A DNA stretch of 63,139 nucleotides, counting the filler, from Aduncisulcus paluster (Eukaryota): the NCBI GenBank assembly GCA_024181965.1. It is 30 parts of 30 records of this genome, joined end to end, with 100 filler letters (N's around TTAATTAATTAA, not from the genome) between each part and the next. Parts side by side here need not be neighbours in the genome. Positions count along the whole stretch, not along the records: positions 24,771 to 25,872 come from BQXS01002345.1; positions 25,973 to 27,542 come from BQXS01002359.1; positions 27,643 to 28,674 come from BQXS01002365.1; positions 28,775 to 29,864 come from BQXS01002372.1; positions 29,965 to 31,369 come from BQXS01002390.1; positions 31,470 to 33,345 come from BQXS01002403.1; positions 33,446 to 34,618 come from BQXS01002405.1; positions 34,719 to 36,862 come from BQXS01002407.1; 22 more parts are not named here. The stretch is one strand, 5' to 3'. The position numbers and the translations under genes were made by a program. This document shows positions 24,671 through 36,962 of this stretch, piece by piece. The notes below the pieces were generated by a model, which saw nothing but the letters and a program-made list of their open reading frames with translations, ran no database searches and was not told the DNA's origin. Each line of letters starts with the position of its first letter. Positions within the stretch are counted from its first letter, which is position 1.

Positions 24671-24770
24671 NNNNNNNNNNNNNNNNNNNNNNNNNNNNNN
24701 NNNNNNNNNNNNNNTTAATTAATTAANNNNNNNNNNNNNNNNNNNNNNNNNNNNNNNNNNNNNNNNNNNN

Positions 24771-25795
24771 TGGACGGCATGCTGGTGAACATGGACAAAG
24801 TCGATGTCCTGATGCCCCGCATGCTCGCCGAATTTCCACCCATGATCGCGATCATGAAGTCCATGCACGGCACGCTGCTGACCATGCACAGCACCATGTC
24901 CGGGATCATGAACCAGATGGATGAGAGCACCAAGAACTCCACCCTGATAGGCAAGTACTTCGACCAGGCCAAGAACGACGACTCGTTCTATCTGCCACCA
25001 GAGGTGTTCGACAACCCCGACTTCAAGCGTGGTCTGAAGATGTTCCTCTCCCCGGACGGGAAGGCCGTCCGGATGACCGTCTCGCATCAGGGCAACCCCG
25101 CCTCGGTGGAGGGAATCGCAACCGTCGGCAATATCAAAGAGGCAGTGGCGGATTCGATCAAAGGCACACCGCTGGAGAACGCCAAGATCTTTCTGGGCGG
25201 CACCGCCGCGACAAACAGAGATCTACAGGAAGGGGCCAAGTACGACCTCATCCTCGCGGGCATCGCGTCCCTCTGCCTGATCTTCATCATCATGCTGCTG
25301 GTCACCGGCAGTGTCGTCGCGGCCCTTGTCANNNNNNNNNNNNNNNNNNNNGGCACCGTCGCGGTGTCGCTCGGCGCGTCCGTCGGTGTCTCGGTACTGA
25401 TTTGGCAGGACCTATTGGGCATGGACCTGCATTGGTTCGTGGTCCCGCTATCGGTGATCATCCTGCTGGCCGTGGGCTCGGACTACAACCTGCTGCTCAT
25501 CGCCCGCTTCAAAGAAGAACTCCACGGCGGACTGAAGACCGGCTTCATCCGGGCCATGGGCGGCAGCGGCAAGGTGGTCACCAATGCCGGCCTGGTGTTC
25601 GCATTCACCATGTGCGCCATGGTCGTCAGTGATCTGCGCATCGTCGGGCAGCTCGGCACCACGATCGGGCTGGGTCTGCTCTTCGACACCCTGATCGTGC
25701 GGTCGTTCATGATGCCGTCCATCGCCGCCCTCCTGGGCCGTTGGTTCTGGTGGCCGCTGCAAATCCGCACGCACGGAACGGCGCGGGTTCGATGA
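24771..25795 (+). CDS. mmpL: MmpL-family transporter, C-terminal part (Mycobacterium)
   Basis: [55 protein letters not shown]. Confidence 0.95.
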
Positions 25796-25972
25796 CGAAA
25801 AACTCGGCGATTCAACGACAACGGACATCCGGGCGTCTCAACAGATCACTGGACGTCGCAATCCTGGAGGCCNNNNNNNNNNNNNNNNNNNNNNNNNNNN
25901 NNNNNNNNNNNNNNNNTTAATTAATTAANNNNNNNNNNNNNNNNNNNNNNNNNNNNNNNNNNNNNNNNNNNN

Positions 25973-26821
25973 AATATCAGGGTGAAGCTCGATAATCATA
26001 TTTAAGCTAGAATACCCTTCACCTACATCATCAAGTGCTATTTTAAAACCCTTTGAACGATAATACTCTAAAATTTTTTTAAGATGAACTTGATCTTTTA
26101 CTAGTTCTGTTTCAACAACTTCGAAAACTATTTGACTTGGATCAAACTCTAACTGTTTTGCCCATTTTACAGTAGAATTTAGACAAAATTCTGGATCATA
26201 AATAGAAGTTGGTATAAAGTTAATAAAAACTTTTTGATGTACTTTTTTAGTTGCTGCTGTTTTTAAAGCACTTTCTCTACAAAGTCTATCGAGTTTAAAG
26301 TTATAATCATTTCTTTTAGATTTCTCAAAAAGTATATCTGGATACATTAAACTTCCATCTTCGTTAACCCCTCGTGCAAGTGTTTCATAACCATAAATTT
26401 TATCNNNNNNNNNNNNNNNNNNNNTATCTATAATTGGCTGAAAATGCACAGTTAAAGATTCGTTGTTTACTACATCAAAAAAATCTTGATCATCAAAAAG
26501 GTTTATGTACATTTGTAATGTTTTTGCTTTTAGTACAGTTAAATAGTTAAATGAATTTTCATCATCTGCTGTAAATATTTTTATATTTTCTCTTTCTAAC
26601 TCGTTAAAATATTCTTTAAATCTATTTATATTTTCAGAAAAAAATGCTTTTACATTAGTTACATTTATCATGAGTAGACCATTTTTATTAGAATAATCTA
26701 TTGATAGTTTTTGAAGAAAACTAGTTGATTTGATGAGAAGTTCTTCTACTTCACTTATTATAAAAATAACACCTTTATCATTTTTTAGAATAAATTTTTC
26801 ACTACATTTTTGACAAGACAT
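25973..26821 (-). CDS. EAL-domain c-di-GMP phosphodiesterase, 3'-partial
   Basis: HFQPII, YETLARG, FINFIP, FEVVETE, IALDDVGEGYSSL. Confidence 0.92.
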
Positions 26822-26919
26822 CTTTTCCCTTTTAATTTTTATAGATTATATTTGAAAATTTTAGTTATTTGTACTCTAATTATGTAAGTTTAAAGAAGAT
26901 TAATAACAATTTGCTATAA

Positions 26920-27165
26920 TTGGAGATAAAATTATATGGAAGCAGAGTTCTTTATTTGATGAATGTATTTAACACCCCTTGGCAATTAAGTAATGATGGA
27001 TATTATAGAATTGAAAATGGTAAGTTATTATTTGCACCTGCAAATAATGTAGAATACAAAATTGAAGAGTCTATGGAAGTTGAAATTGTAACTCCAGAAG
27101 AGTTAGAAAATATAAATCGTATTTTAGGTACTCATTATACTATTGATGAAATTAATTCACTATAA
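26920..27165 (+). CDS. Hypothetical protein
   Basis: Short ORF, divergent from the EAL gene, followed by a hairpin; start uncertain. Confidence 0.55.
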   Translation: MEIKLYGSRVLYLMNVFNTPWQLSNDGYYRIENGKLLFAPANNVEYKIEESMEVEIVTPEELENINRILGTHYTIDEINSL

Positions 27166-27190
27166 TTTGCCGAACAAATATTCGGCGAAA
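27166..27190. terminator. Putative bidirectional terminator
   Basis: TTTGCCGAA-caaata-TTCGGCGAA between convergent genes. Confidence 0.6.
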
Positions 27191-27200
27191 TCATTTTATA

Positions 27201-27542
27201 TTAAGCTCTACCTCTAGAGTTTCTACTATTATTTCGAGTAGATTGTCCGCTGTTTCTTCTTCCTTGACCGCCACCGTTTCCACGACCACCTCGTCCTCTG
27301 TTTCCACCTTGCTTTTTCTTTGGCTCAGGCTTGATAGTAGGATCTACTTCATATCCAGGAATAACAACTTTCTCTATATCTTTTTTAATTAGTTTTTCAA
27401 TATCTCTTAAAAATTCATGTTCATCAACACATACTAAAGATAAAGCAACTCCATCATTTCCAGCTCGTCCTGTTCGCCCGATTCTATGTACATAATCTTC
27501 AGGTACATTTGGAAGCTCGAAGTTGATTACATGTGGAAGTTG
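27201..27542 (-). CDS. DEAD-box RNA helicase (RhlE-like), C-terminal fragment
   Basis: Manual translation [27 protein letters not shown] (motif VI) plus G/R/N-rich tail. Confidence 0.92.
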   Translation of the reverse strand, partial: QLPHVINFELPNVPEDYVHRIGRTGRAGNDGVALSLVCVDEHEFLRDIEKLIKKDIEKVVIPGYEVDPTIKPEPKKKQGGNRGRGGRGNGGGQGRRNSGQSTRNNSRNSRGRA

Positions 27543-28774
27543 NNNNNNNNNNNNNNNNNNNNNNNNNNNNNNNNNNNNNNNNNNNNTTAATTAATTAANN
27601 NNNNNNNNNNNNNNNNNNNNNNNNNNNNNNNNNNNNNNNNNNCGGACCCCCGGATACCATATATATGAGAGGGGGTGAAAAAAAAAAAAAGTCACTTCAG
27701 CTGGTGAAAAATTCCAGTCTGAAATGTCACATTTTTTTTTGATCATCGCTTCTCACTAGGATTTCAATTATGCTTTTTGTCTTTCGGGTGTAAATCCGCA
27801 AAAATTTTTTTTTTGTCTCAGAAAGGCGACTTCAAGATTTTTTTGGCCTGTGCATTGTGAAAAGTGAGTAATAGCTTTTACACAGTGGGACGCCTCCAAA
27901 TAAAGATGTGTGAGTGTGTTTTTGTGTCTTCACGAAATGCGCTTGCATGTAAACAAAATCCATTTTATTGTGATGAACTCTTTGAGTTTAGCATACTTTT
28001 GTAGCTCTCTGTGTAAGATGAATTATTTTTACGAGGCTTTGGCAACAAAGTAGTAGTCTGAATACTTTTCATTGTGTCCGCAAGGACGCAGAGAAATCAT
28101 AACATAAATGATTTTACCCTTCTGTAGAAAATATTCGTTATCCTTTCTGCCTATTTTTAAGGTGGTGAAGGACTCATGAAGTACTATAAGGTCGGCTTAA
28201 ACCTGTATTCAATGTGCCTGGGATGCCCAGGGGTTGGGGTTTGGGGAAGTGTATATATGTAAGAACCTGTACTAATCATGAATTGTCTCTGGTATATTTG
28301 TATAGCCATCCTCTTCTGATGTTCAGGTGATTGGGAACTATTGTTGGGTTTATAAATGACTCGACTTTATTCTCTTTTGTCTATTGTTTGGCTATTCAAA
28401 TGACATTTCGAGTTTGCAGTGTTTGAATGGAATTTATTTCATTTTGGCTCTGTGAAACACACGATGTGTTAATTTAGATCATACTGGAAAAGAGTCGGGG
28501 ATTGAGTTTACTTCTGTTGTTATTTAACTTCGGATGTATGCAATATGATCTCCCTCTTTAATCTTTCAACTTATGGTGAATATCGATTGTACATTGAATC
28601 TTAATTTATTATTTTTCTAATACATCGAGTTTCCGTTCATATGGAATTGAAATACAGTGTGGAATATTTCATACNNNNNNNNNNNNNNNNNNNNNNNNNN
28701 NNNNNNNNNNNNNNNNNNTTAATTAATTAANNNNNNNNNNNNNNNNNNNNNNNNNNNNNNNNNNNNNNNNNNNN

Positions 28775-29160
28775 TCTGAAGTGGTTGAACTTAAAAATTC
28801 TATTGTAAAAAGTTTGTAGTTTAAGTCAGAATCATCTTGCAAACTTTCTAATAAAACAGGCATAAGTTTTGAGATGTCATCACTTACAATACTACAGCGA
28901 TTTATAATCAAAGGGCGTTTTTCGATGTCATTCATCGCATAGTCCAAAATATAGTCATTATTTTCATCAAATGTTTTCCATATTCTAAATTCTGCTCTAT
29001 TTCTAAATGCTCCATCTTTACTTTTTATGATATCGATATCGTTATTCCATAAATTTTTGAATCTATCTTTTTCAATATCAACTTTTTTCGATAATTGCTC
29101 ATCATAAGTTAGCCCTCCAAGATTACAGCTACCACACACTCCGAAATATTCACAAGTCAT
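28775..29160 (-). CDS. trmA: tRNA (uracil-5)-methyltransferase TrmA, N-terminal part
   Basis: CEYFGVCGSC, FRNRAEFRIW, LDYAM, IEFLSST. Confidence 0.88.
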
Positions 29161-29205
29161 TTACTATCCTACATTTTTATTATATTTTATATGCTATTAT
29201 ACCGA

Positions 29206-29864
29206 ATGATAAATAAAAATTTTAAAGAACAACTAAGCGACTTACTCAACTGTGATATTAAAGCACTCTACCCTCTAGCAAGAGAACTCAAAAGAAAACT
29301 CTATTTTTATGTAGGACCNNNNNNNNNNNNNNNNNNNNNNNNNNNNNNNNNNNNNNNNNNNNNNNNNNNNNNNNNNNCTTCTTGCATTAGAAAACTACGA
29401 ATCCCTAAAAAACAACAATGTACCAGCTTCACTCATTACAGGAGAAGAGGAGATTTTTGATGAAGATGCGGGGCATATTTGTTCAACAATTGAGATGATA
29501 AATTTTAACCTTGAAGTAGATGTTTGTGTGATTGATGAAGTACAAATGCTTGATGATGAAGATAGAGGTTGGGCATGGGTAAATGCTATTTTAGGATCAC
29601 CTGCTAAAAAAGTAATTATGACAGGAAGTGTAAATGCACTTGATATTATTAAAAAAATTGCATTGTATTTAGATGAAGAACTTGAAGTTGTAAAGTTTAA
29701 AAGAAAAAATCCTTTAAAAGTAGATGAAAAACACACCACACTAAAAGATATACAACCAGCAACCGCTCTTATAGCTTTTAGTAGAAAAGAGGTTTTAGGA
29801 CTCAAAGCAAAACTCAGCAAATATCACAAAGTTTCAGTTTTATATGGAAACCTCAGTCCAGAAG
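29206..29864 (+). CDS. SUV3-like SF2 helicase, partial
   Basis: YPLARELKRKLYFYVG, SLITGEE, CSTIEM, IDEVQML.DEDRGWAW, IAFSRK, YGNLSPE. Confidence 0.9.
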
Positions 29865-29964
29865 NNNNNNNNNNNNNNNNNNNNNNNNNNNNNNNNNNNN
29901 NNNNNNNNTTAATTAATTAANNNNNNNNNNNNNNNNNNNNNNNNNNNNNNNNNNNNNNNNNNNN

Positions 29965-30096
29965 CTGACCGAGATTGCGGTGGTATGCAAGGGTGAGGAT
30001 GGGATCGCGCGGGTGATACCCGCATGGAACATTGGCGGCGGGCAGTGCCCGGGCGCGGAGCAGCTGGACGCGTTGATCGCCCGGAGCGCGGCATGA
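29965..30096 (+). CDS. tadA: TadA/CpaF ATPase C-terminal fragment (inferred from position)
   Basis: Manual translation LTEIAVVCKGEDGIARVIPAW...RSAA*, stop overlaps TadB ATG. Confidence 0.55.
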   Translation: MTEIAVVCKGEDGIARVIPAWNIGGGQCPGAEQLDALIARSAA

Positions 30097-30938
30097 CAAC
30101 AGCGGCCCTACTGCTGCTCTCCGCGGCGCTACTCGTTGCCCCGCAAAGGCGCTCGCGCCTGGGGCGGTGCGGAAAGAGTCCGATGCGGTGGAACTGGAAA
30201 CTTGCAGCGGCACCATTGGGCGGCCTGGTGCTGGCGGCCCTATGGCTGTTGCCCCTCTCCGTGGTGACGGCAGTGGGTGTAGTAGTCGCGACCATGGGCA
30301 TGCGCTGGCGCCGCCGTCGTCGATCGATCCTCGGATCGGAGGAACTGGCCAGTACGGAGTCCGGGCTCGATGTGATCGTCGGTGAACTCAGGGTCGGGGC
30401 ACATCCGGTGCGGGCGTTCGAGATCGCCGCGGCCGAGGTCGGCGGGCCGGTCGGCGACGTATTCGCTGCCATCGCCGCCCGGGCCCGCTTGGGGGTGAAT
30501 CTGGATCCGGCCGTGCCGAGGGCAGGGCCGGTGGTATCGCAATGGGATCGGATCAGCCGTGGCTGGACACTGNNNNNNNNNNNNNNNNNNNNNNNNNNNN
30601 NNNNNNNNNNNNNNNNNNNNNNNNNNNNNNNNNNNNNNNNNNNNNNNNNNNNNNNNNNNNNNNNNNNNNNNNNNNNNNNNNNNNNNNNGACGGATTTGCA
30701 AGAACAACAACGGTTTACCGCGCGGGTGAACGCCGGCCTTGCCGGTCCGCGCGCGACAGCGGCCGTACTGACTGGTCTTCCCGTTGCCGGAATCGGGCTC
30801 GGGCAGATGATCGGTGCCACACCGCTCAGCGTGCTGTGTTCGGACGGTGCGGGTGGAGCACTGCTGGTCGTCGGCGTGATGCTGGCCTGCACCGGGCTGT
30901 TGTGGTGCGACGGGATCACCGGGAAGGCGTTGCGATGA
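30093..30938 (+). CDS. tadB: TadB / T2SS-F family protein (Mycobacterium)
   Basis: LDVIVGELRVGAHP, AGLAGPRATAAVLTGLP, IGATPL. Confidence 0.85.
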   Translation: MTTAALLLLSAALLVAPQRRSRLGRCGKSPMRWNWKLAAAPLGGLVLAALWLLPLSVVTAVGVVVATMGMRWRRRRRSILGSEELASTESGLDVIVGELRVGAHPVRAFEIAAAEVGGPVGDVFAAIAARARLGVNLDPAVPRAGPVVSQWDRISRGWTLXXXXXXXXXXXXXXXXXXXXXXXXXXXXXXXXXXXXXXXTDLQEQQRFTARVNAGLAGPRATAAVLTGLPVAGIGLGQMIGATPLSVLCSDGAGGALLVVGVMLACTGLLWCDGITGKALR

Positions 30939-31369
30939 TCGCGGCCCTGCTGATGCTTGCGGCGGCGATATTGACCGCACCCGGGACATTGCGGGCACGA
31001 GCAGTGACACCACGTGGCAGACGGCCCCCGCCCAGGGATCGTGACGTCACCGAAAAGGGACTGTTGGGAATGGCATTCAGCCTCGACATGCTCAGTGTGT
31101 GTCTGCGATCCGGGATGCCGGTTGCGGCTGCGGCGCTGGTGGTGGCATCGTCGGCGCCGATTCAGCTGGCCCGGATTCTGAATCGCGCAGGAGAGATGCT
31201 TGCCCTGGGCGCACCGGCGTCGGCGGCCTGGACCGATACCGGCACACCGGATGATCCGGGATACGAACAGCGGCAAGCACTGACCAGATTGGCGCGGCGA
31301 TCGGCTGATTCCGGGGCGATGATGGCCGACGGTATTGCCTCGTTGGCCGTGCAGTGCCGTCGGGATGCA
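30935..31369 (+). CDS. tadC: TadC / T2SS-F family protein, 3'-partial
   Basis: SLDMLSVCLRSGMPV, LALGA...AW, LARRSADSGA; ATGA overlap with tadB. Confidence 0.82.
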
Positions 31370-31469
31370 NNNNNNNNNNNNNNNNNNNNNNNNNNNNNNN
31401 NNNNNNNNNNNNNTTAATTAATTAANNNNNNNNNNNNNNNNNNNNNNNNNNNNNNNNNNNNNNNNNNNN

Positions 31470-31647
31470 CGATGCGCACGGCGTGCTCACCGGGGCTGAG
31501 CATCGTGGTGATCTTCTGCTTGCGTTCGCCGGGCAGCTCCACGAGGAGCGAGGGCTTGCCGTCGGGCCCGTGGTGCTCGGTGAACACGACTTCCCGCTCG
31601 ACGAGCGTCCGCACGATGGTGGCGTAGGCCTCGTCGGCCGTCGTCAT
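31470..31647 (-). CDS. YbjN-domain protein (Rv0487-like), 3'-partial
   Basis: MTTADEAY...VELPGERKQKITTML; follows mshA as in mycobacteria. Confidence 0.8.
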
Positions 31648-33073
31648 CGCCGCAGCCCCGACAGCCGGCGCGCCCGGAAACGCGAACGAGGTGCTCGCTG
31701 CGTGGAGGGCCTTTGTGGCGCACGGTAATCGGCGATGGCACGGCTGTAGCTCGACAGCAATGAGTCCGCGGTGCTGGACCAGGAGAAGCCCTCGGCATGT
31801 TGTACGGCCGCCCGGCTGAGGCCGGATCCCGTACGCGCCAACAAGCTCCCGATCGCATCCGCCCAGTCCTCGGTGCGATGNNNNNNNNNNNNNNNNNNNN
31901 NNNNNNNNNNNNNNNNNNNNNNNNNNNNNNNNNNNNNNNNNNNGTGCGATGAGTCGGCACCAGCAGACCGGTGCGTTCGTCGGCAACCGCAACCGGCAGA
32001 CCGCCCACCGCAGCCGCCACCACCGGGGTACCGCACGCCTGCGCCTCGATGGCCACCAGCCCGAAGGACTCCGAATGACTCGGCACCGCAACGATATCGG
32101 CCGCCCGATAGACCTGGGCGAGCCTTTCTCGCGTCTGCGGAGGCAGGAAGGTGACTCGGTCGGCGATCCCGAGGTCCGCGGCGAGATCCTGCAGCGCCGT
32201 CGGCTCGTCGAGACCACTGCCCGACGGCCCGCCGACAATCAGAACGCGAACCCCGGGCAGCCGCTCGGCGGCGCGGACCAACAGATCGGGAGCCTTCAGC
32301 GGCTGGATGCGCCCGACGAAGGCCACCACCTGCTCATCGGCCCGCAGGCCGAATTCGGCGCGGGCGGCAGCCTTGTCGCCGGGAGTGAACACATCCAGGT
32401 CGACGCCGGGATGGACAATATCGATGCGCGCAGGGTCCGCGTTGTGTATCGNNNNNNNNNNNNNNNNNNNNTGTATCGAAACCAGTTGCTTGGCCTCATC
32501 TTTGGTGTTGACGATGAGCCGGTCGGCCTCGTCGACCACCTGCTGCTCACCCACGGCACGCAACGCGGGCTCCGGGCGGTCCCCCTCGGCCAGGGTCTGG
32601 TTCTTGACGGCGGCCAGCGTGTGCGCGGTGTGCACCAGCGGAACACCCCAGCGATCGCGGGCCAGCCAGCCTGCCTGACCCGAGAGCCAGTAGTGCGAGT
32701 GAACCAGGTTGTAGTAGCCGGGCTCGTGGATCGCCTCGGCCCGCAGCACCCCGGCGGTGAATGCGCACAGCTGGGTGGGCAGGTCGTACTTGTCCAAGCC
32801 CTCGAAGGGGCCGGCGACGATATTGCGCACCGTCACCCCATCGGCGACGGCCACCACCGGCTCGTCGGACGACGCGGTGGCACGGGTGAAGATGTCGACG
32901 GCGACACCCCGACGGGCCAGCTGAAGCGCCGTCTGCAGCACGTAGACGTTCATACCGCCGGCGTCGCCGGTACCCGGCTGAGCCAGTGGTGAGGTGTGTA
33001 CGGATAGGACGGCGATGCGGCGCGGCTTCAGCGCCGCAACCGCCCGGCGCGCGAACTCATCGCCACTAAGCAC
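31644..33073 (-). CDS. mshA: D-inositol-3-phosphate glycosyltransferase MshA
   Basis: [53 protein letters not shown]. Confidence 0.96.
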
Positions 33074-33137
33074 ACAGCCATCTTGTCACTTACCCACAGA
33101 CGGTCGACGCGCAGCCTCGCTACCAGCGGTTTGAGTG

Positions 33138-33345
33138 TCAGCGTGACCTGATCTCCTGCCGGTAGCCCTCTTCGAGGATCTTGCGCAGCTTCTCGTCCGA
33201 ATGCGTGATGGCCAGCGAGATGAACGGCGAAATGACCTTGCCGAGCGCGCGCCCGGCAAGCCCACCGGGCAGCCGGTAGTCGATGTTGATCTCCAGCTCG
33301 GTTTCGTCGTCGGAGGTGGGCCGGAAGCGACACTCGATCTGGTTG
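33138..33345 (-). CDS. SRPBCC/polyketide cyclase family protein, C-terminal fragment
   Basis: Manual translation ...IDYRLPGGLAGRALGKVISPF...KLRKILEE*. Confidence 0.7.
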
Positions 33346-33445
33346 NNNNNNNNNNNNNNNNNNNNNNNNNNNNNNNNNNNNNNNNNNNNTTAATTAATTA
33401 ANNNNNNNNNNNNNNNNNNNNNNNNNNNNNNNNNNNNNNNNNNNN

Positions 33446-33542
33446 TATTATACCTTTAGTTGCTGCATTATCTATGAGCTTAAGTTCATTATTGGTAGTT
33501 GGAAATAGTTTAAGAATAAAAAATAGGAAAATAGATGAATAG
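33446..33542 (+). CDS. ccoI: P1B-type ATPase CcoI/FixI, C-terminal fragment
   Basis: PLVAALSMSLSSLLVVGNSLRI, overlapping ccoS start. Confidence 0.85.
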
Positions 33543-33759
33543 TATTTTATGGATTGAATTAGTTGTTGGTATTATTGTCAGTTTTACTCTTTTGGGTATA
33601 TTTATTTGGGGTGTAAAACAGGGACAATTTGATGATGGTAAAAAGATGATGAATGGTCTTTTAAATGATAGTACAGAAGAGTTACAAGATGCGATAAAAA
33701 AAGATGAAAAAGTAAAAGAGCTAAAAGCAAATAAAAAAGAGAGACTAAAAAATAGTTAA
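33535..33759 (+). CDS. ccoS: cbb3-type oxidase maturation protein CcoS
   Basis: TM helix followed by FIWGVKQGQFDD. Confidence 0.92.
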   Translation: MNSILWIELVVGIIVSFTLLGIFIWGVKQGQFDDGKKMMNGLLNDSTEELQDAIKKDEKVKELKANKKERLKNS

Positions 33760-33795
33760 AAAAAAGATCAACTATATAATTAGTTGACCTTTTTT
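33760..33795. terminator. Putative bidirectional terminator
   Basis: AAAAAGATCAACTA...TAGTTGACCTTTTT imperfect hairpin between convergent genes. Confidence 0.6.
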
Positions 33796-33818
33796 CATAA
33801 TTTTAGTAGAAAATAAAA

Positions 33819-34091
33819 TTATTTACCAAGACCTGTTGATGATAAATCAGCTTCGCTATATTTAGCAACTTGACCTTTCATAACACCTTTCATAGGTCCA
33901 CCATAAGTACCGTTTTTGTATCCAACTAATGATGCAGTTACTTCAGCTTTAGTCATATCTTTAACAATTTTAGATTTGCCTAAAGCTTTCTTTTCAAAGT
34001 TTTGTCCATGACATGCTTTACATGCACCTAAATTTACTGCTGCAAATGCTGCTACACTTAATACTAATGTTCCTAATACGATTTTTTTCAT
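33819..34091 (-). CDS. Cytochrome c553-like periplasmic cytochrome
   Basis: Signal peptide, CKACH heme motif, GPMKGVM axial Met. Confidence 0.92.
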   Translation of the reverse strand: MKKIVLGTLVLSVAAFAAVNLGACKACHGQNFEKKALGKSKIVKDMTKAEVTASLVGYKNGTYGGPMKGVMKGQVAKYSEADLSSTGLGK

Positions 34092-34175
34092 ATTATTGTC
34101 CTTTATTTAATTTTGCTAAATAATACTNNNNNNNNNNNNNNNNNNNNCTTATATAAATTAAGATAAAATATATTT

Positions 34176-34618
34176 ATGAATGAAAATTGTGTATTAAAAA
34201 TAGATAACTTATCTTTTGGTTATAATAAGAATGAATTGCTTTATGATAATTTTAATTTGTCATTAAATAAAAACGAAATTGTTTCTATTGTTGGGGCAAG
34301 TGGAAGTGGTAAATCAACTTTATTTGAACTAATTACTTCTAACCTAACCCCTCTATCAGGAACGATAAAAGTGAAAAAAATAGCTTTTATTTTTCAAGAC
34401 CCCTACAGTTCATTTCATCCTTCATATACAATTATTGAACAGATTGATGATGTAGTAGAACACTATACAGAAACAAAGCTATTAAATCTTTTAAATAAGT
34501 TAGACTTACAAAAAAGTTTAGTTTATGAAAAACCTCATAAATTAAGTGGGGGACAATTACAAAGATGTAGCATATTAAGAGCTATTCTTATGAAACCAGA
34601 TATCCTACTTGCTGATGA
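34176..34618 (+). CDS. ABC transporter ATP-binding protein, 3'-partial
   Basis: GASGSGKST, FQDP, LSGGQLQR, ILLAD. Confidence 0.92.
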
Positions 34619-34718
34619 NNNNNNNNNNNNNNNNNNNNNNNNNNNNNNNNNNNNNNNNNNNNTTAATTAATTAANNNNNNNNNNNNNNNNNNNNNNNNNN
34701 NNNNNNNNNNNNNNNNNN

Positions 34719-35649
34719 CATCTCAATATCACTATTGAAAATATGCTCATCTTTTGAAACATAAGCAACAGTTCCTCCACCTGCGAAAGTAGGTGATATA
34801 TCATTGTCAATTAGTGATTTTCTAATTGCTAAAAGACCACAAGTACCAGGACCACCTAATAATTTATGTGGAGATAAAAAGATTGCATCAAATAGTTCAC
34901 TTTTCGGGCTCATACATGGAGATGAAGCTGCACTATCAAATGCAATAATTGCATTATATTTTCTTAAAAGTTTCGATATTTTTTCAAAAGGTGAAACGAT
35001 TCCTGTAACATTTGATGCTGTAGAAAATGCACCTATGAGTTGACGATCTTTATTTTCTTCAAGAGCATTTGCTAAAAATTCTAAATCTACATTTCCTGTA
35101 GTATCAAGTGGTATTCTTAAAATATCACATAATGCTTCTCTATAACTTATCTCATTTGAGTGNNNNNNNNNNNNNNNNNNNNNNNNNNNNNNNNNNNNNN
35201 NNNNNNNNNNNNNNNNNNNNNNNNNNNNNNNNNNNNNNNNNNNNNNNNNNTTTTTCTAAATCATCTACATTGATATTAAATCTTGCTTTTGTAGCAGGTG
35301 GAATATATAGTCCAAGTAACTCTTGAAATTTCTTAATAGCACCAGTTGCTCCTGATCCACATGGGAACACAACAAAATCGTTTGTTAATCCAAGGTATTT
35401 TTTTAAATTTTCTCTTGCTATATCGTAGTTAAATGATGTAGCTTTTGCATTACCTGCAAATTCTGAATGTGTATTTGCATAAGTATTTAGAACCTCTTGC
35501 AATCTCTCTTCGATAGGTCTATAAGCTAATCCTGATGCTGTATAATCAAAATAGCTATCTTTGTTCTTACCAATTATACCTTCACTAATCTCTTCAAAAG
35601 TAGTATTTTCTGTTATAAATGGTCTAAATATTTCGTTGTTTTTTGTCAT
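34719..35649 (-). CDS. Aminotransferase class V / cysteine desulfurase-like protein, 3'-partial
   Basis: YFDYTASG, YANTHSE, GSGATGAI, SNVTG, SPHKLLGGPG, GGGTV. Confidence 0.88.
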
Positions 35650-35679
35650 TGTTTACCTTTAAATGAAAGACAACTCTTC

Positions 35680-36609
35680 TTATGAATAAAGAGTTGTACT
35701 TAAATATCTTTCCCCTGTATCACAAAGAATAGTAACTATTGTTTTCCCTTTGTTTTGGGCTCTTGATGCTACTTGAGTAGCTGCGTATAAATTTGCACCA
35801 GCAGAGATACCTACTAGAAGACCTTCTGTTTTTGCAATTGCTTTTGATGTTGCAAAAGCATCTTCATCAGATACTTGAATCACTTCATCAAAAATCTTTT
35901 CATTAAGAACTGTAGGTACAAATCCTGCTCCGATCCCTTGAATCTTATGTGGTCCTGGAGTTCCTCCTGATAGAACTGGCGAACTTTCGGGTTCAACAGC
36001 AATAACTTGAATATCAGGGTTGTGTTCTTTTAGTACTTCTGAAATACCTGTTAGTGAACCACCTGTACCAACAGCAGCAATGATTATGTCAACTTTCCCA
36101 TCTGTATCTTTTAAAATCTCTTGAGATGTTGTTTGTCTGTGTGCTTCTGGGTTTGCTGGGTTATTGAACTGCTGAGGCATAAAACTATTTTGCATTGTAC
36201 TATCAATCTCTGCTGCTCTATCTATAGCACCTTTCATCCCTAAAGCTGCTGGAGTTAAGTCTAAAGTTGCACCTAATGCAGAAAGTAGTTGTCTTCTTTC
36301 TAAACTCATAGACTCAGGCATTGTAAGAATAAGTTCTAATCCCTTAGCTGCACAAACCATTGCTAATGCAATACCTGTATTCCNNNNNNNNNNNNNNNNN
36401 NNNNNNNNNNNNNNNNNNNNNNNNNNNNTTTTTCCCTCTTTAATCGCTGTTTCAATCATAGCAAGAGCAATTCTATCTTTTACTGAACTTGTAGGATTCA
36501 TAAATTCACATTTTCCTAACACTTCTGTGTTTGTGTCATTTGAAAGTTTGTTTATTCTAACTAATGGCGTATTTCCAACTAATTGTGTAGCGTCTTTTGC
36601 AATATTCAT
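35680..36609 (-). CDS. cysK: Cysteine synthase A
   Basis: [41 protein letters not shown]. Confidence 0.97.
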   Translation of the reverse strand: MNIAKDATQLVGNTPLVRINKLSNDTNTEVLGKCEFMNPTSSVKDRIALAMIETAIKEGKXXXXXXXXXXXXXXXXNTGIALAMVCAAKGLELILTMPESMSLERRQLLSALGATLDLTPAALGMKGAIDRAAEIDSTMQNSFMPQQFNNPANPEAHRQTTSQEILKDTDGKVDIIIAAVGTGGSLTGISEVLKEHNPDIQVIAVEPESSPVLSGGTPGPHKIQGIGAGFVPTVLNEKIFDEVIQVSDEDAFATSKAIAKTEGLLVGISAGANLYAATQVASRAQNKGKTIVTILCDTGERYLSTTLYS

Positions 36610-36622
36610 ATTTAATTCCTTT

Positions 36623-36862
36623 TTATATATAGTATACTAGATTATTAGACTTTTTATCTAAAAATTCTTCCAGCTCTTTAATGGTAAGCATGAAAATTTT
36701 TTCTATTTTCGTTTGTATATCTTCCCAAAATGGTTGAAGTAAATCAGTTTTTGTTTTGCTATCTGTATTAGCTAAACAACACTCAAGTGTACTTAAAACT
36801 TCAAAGACTGTTATTTTATTAACATCTTTTATGAGTCTGTACCCTCCATTTGCTCCTCTAAT
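36623..36862 (-). CDS. Rrf2-family regulator, C-terminal part
   Basis: Manual translation IRGANGGYRL...LVYYI*, directly upstream of cysK. Confidence 0.85.
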   Translation of the reverse strand: MRGANGGYRLIKDVNKITVFEVLSTLECCLANTDSKTKTDLLQPFWEDIQTKIEKIFMLTIKELEEFLDKKSNNLVYYI

Positions 36863-36962
36863 NNNNNNNNNNNNNNNNNNNNNNNNNNNNNNNNNNNNNN
36901 NNNNNNTTAATTAATTAANNNNNNNNNNNNNNNNNNNNNNNNNNNNNNNNNNNNNNNNNNNN

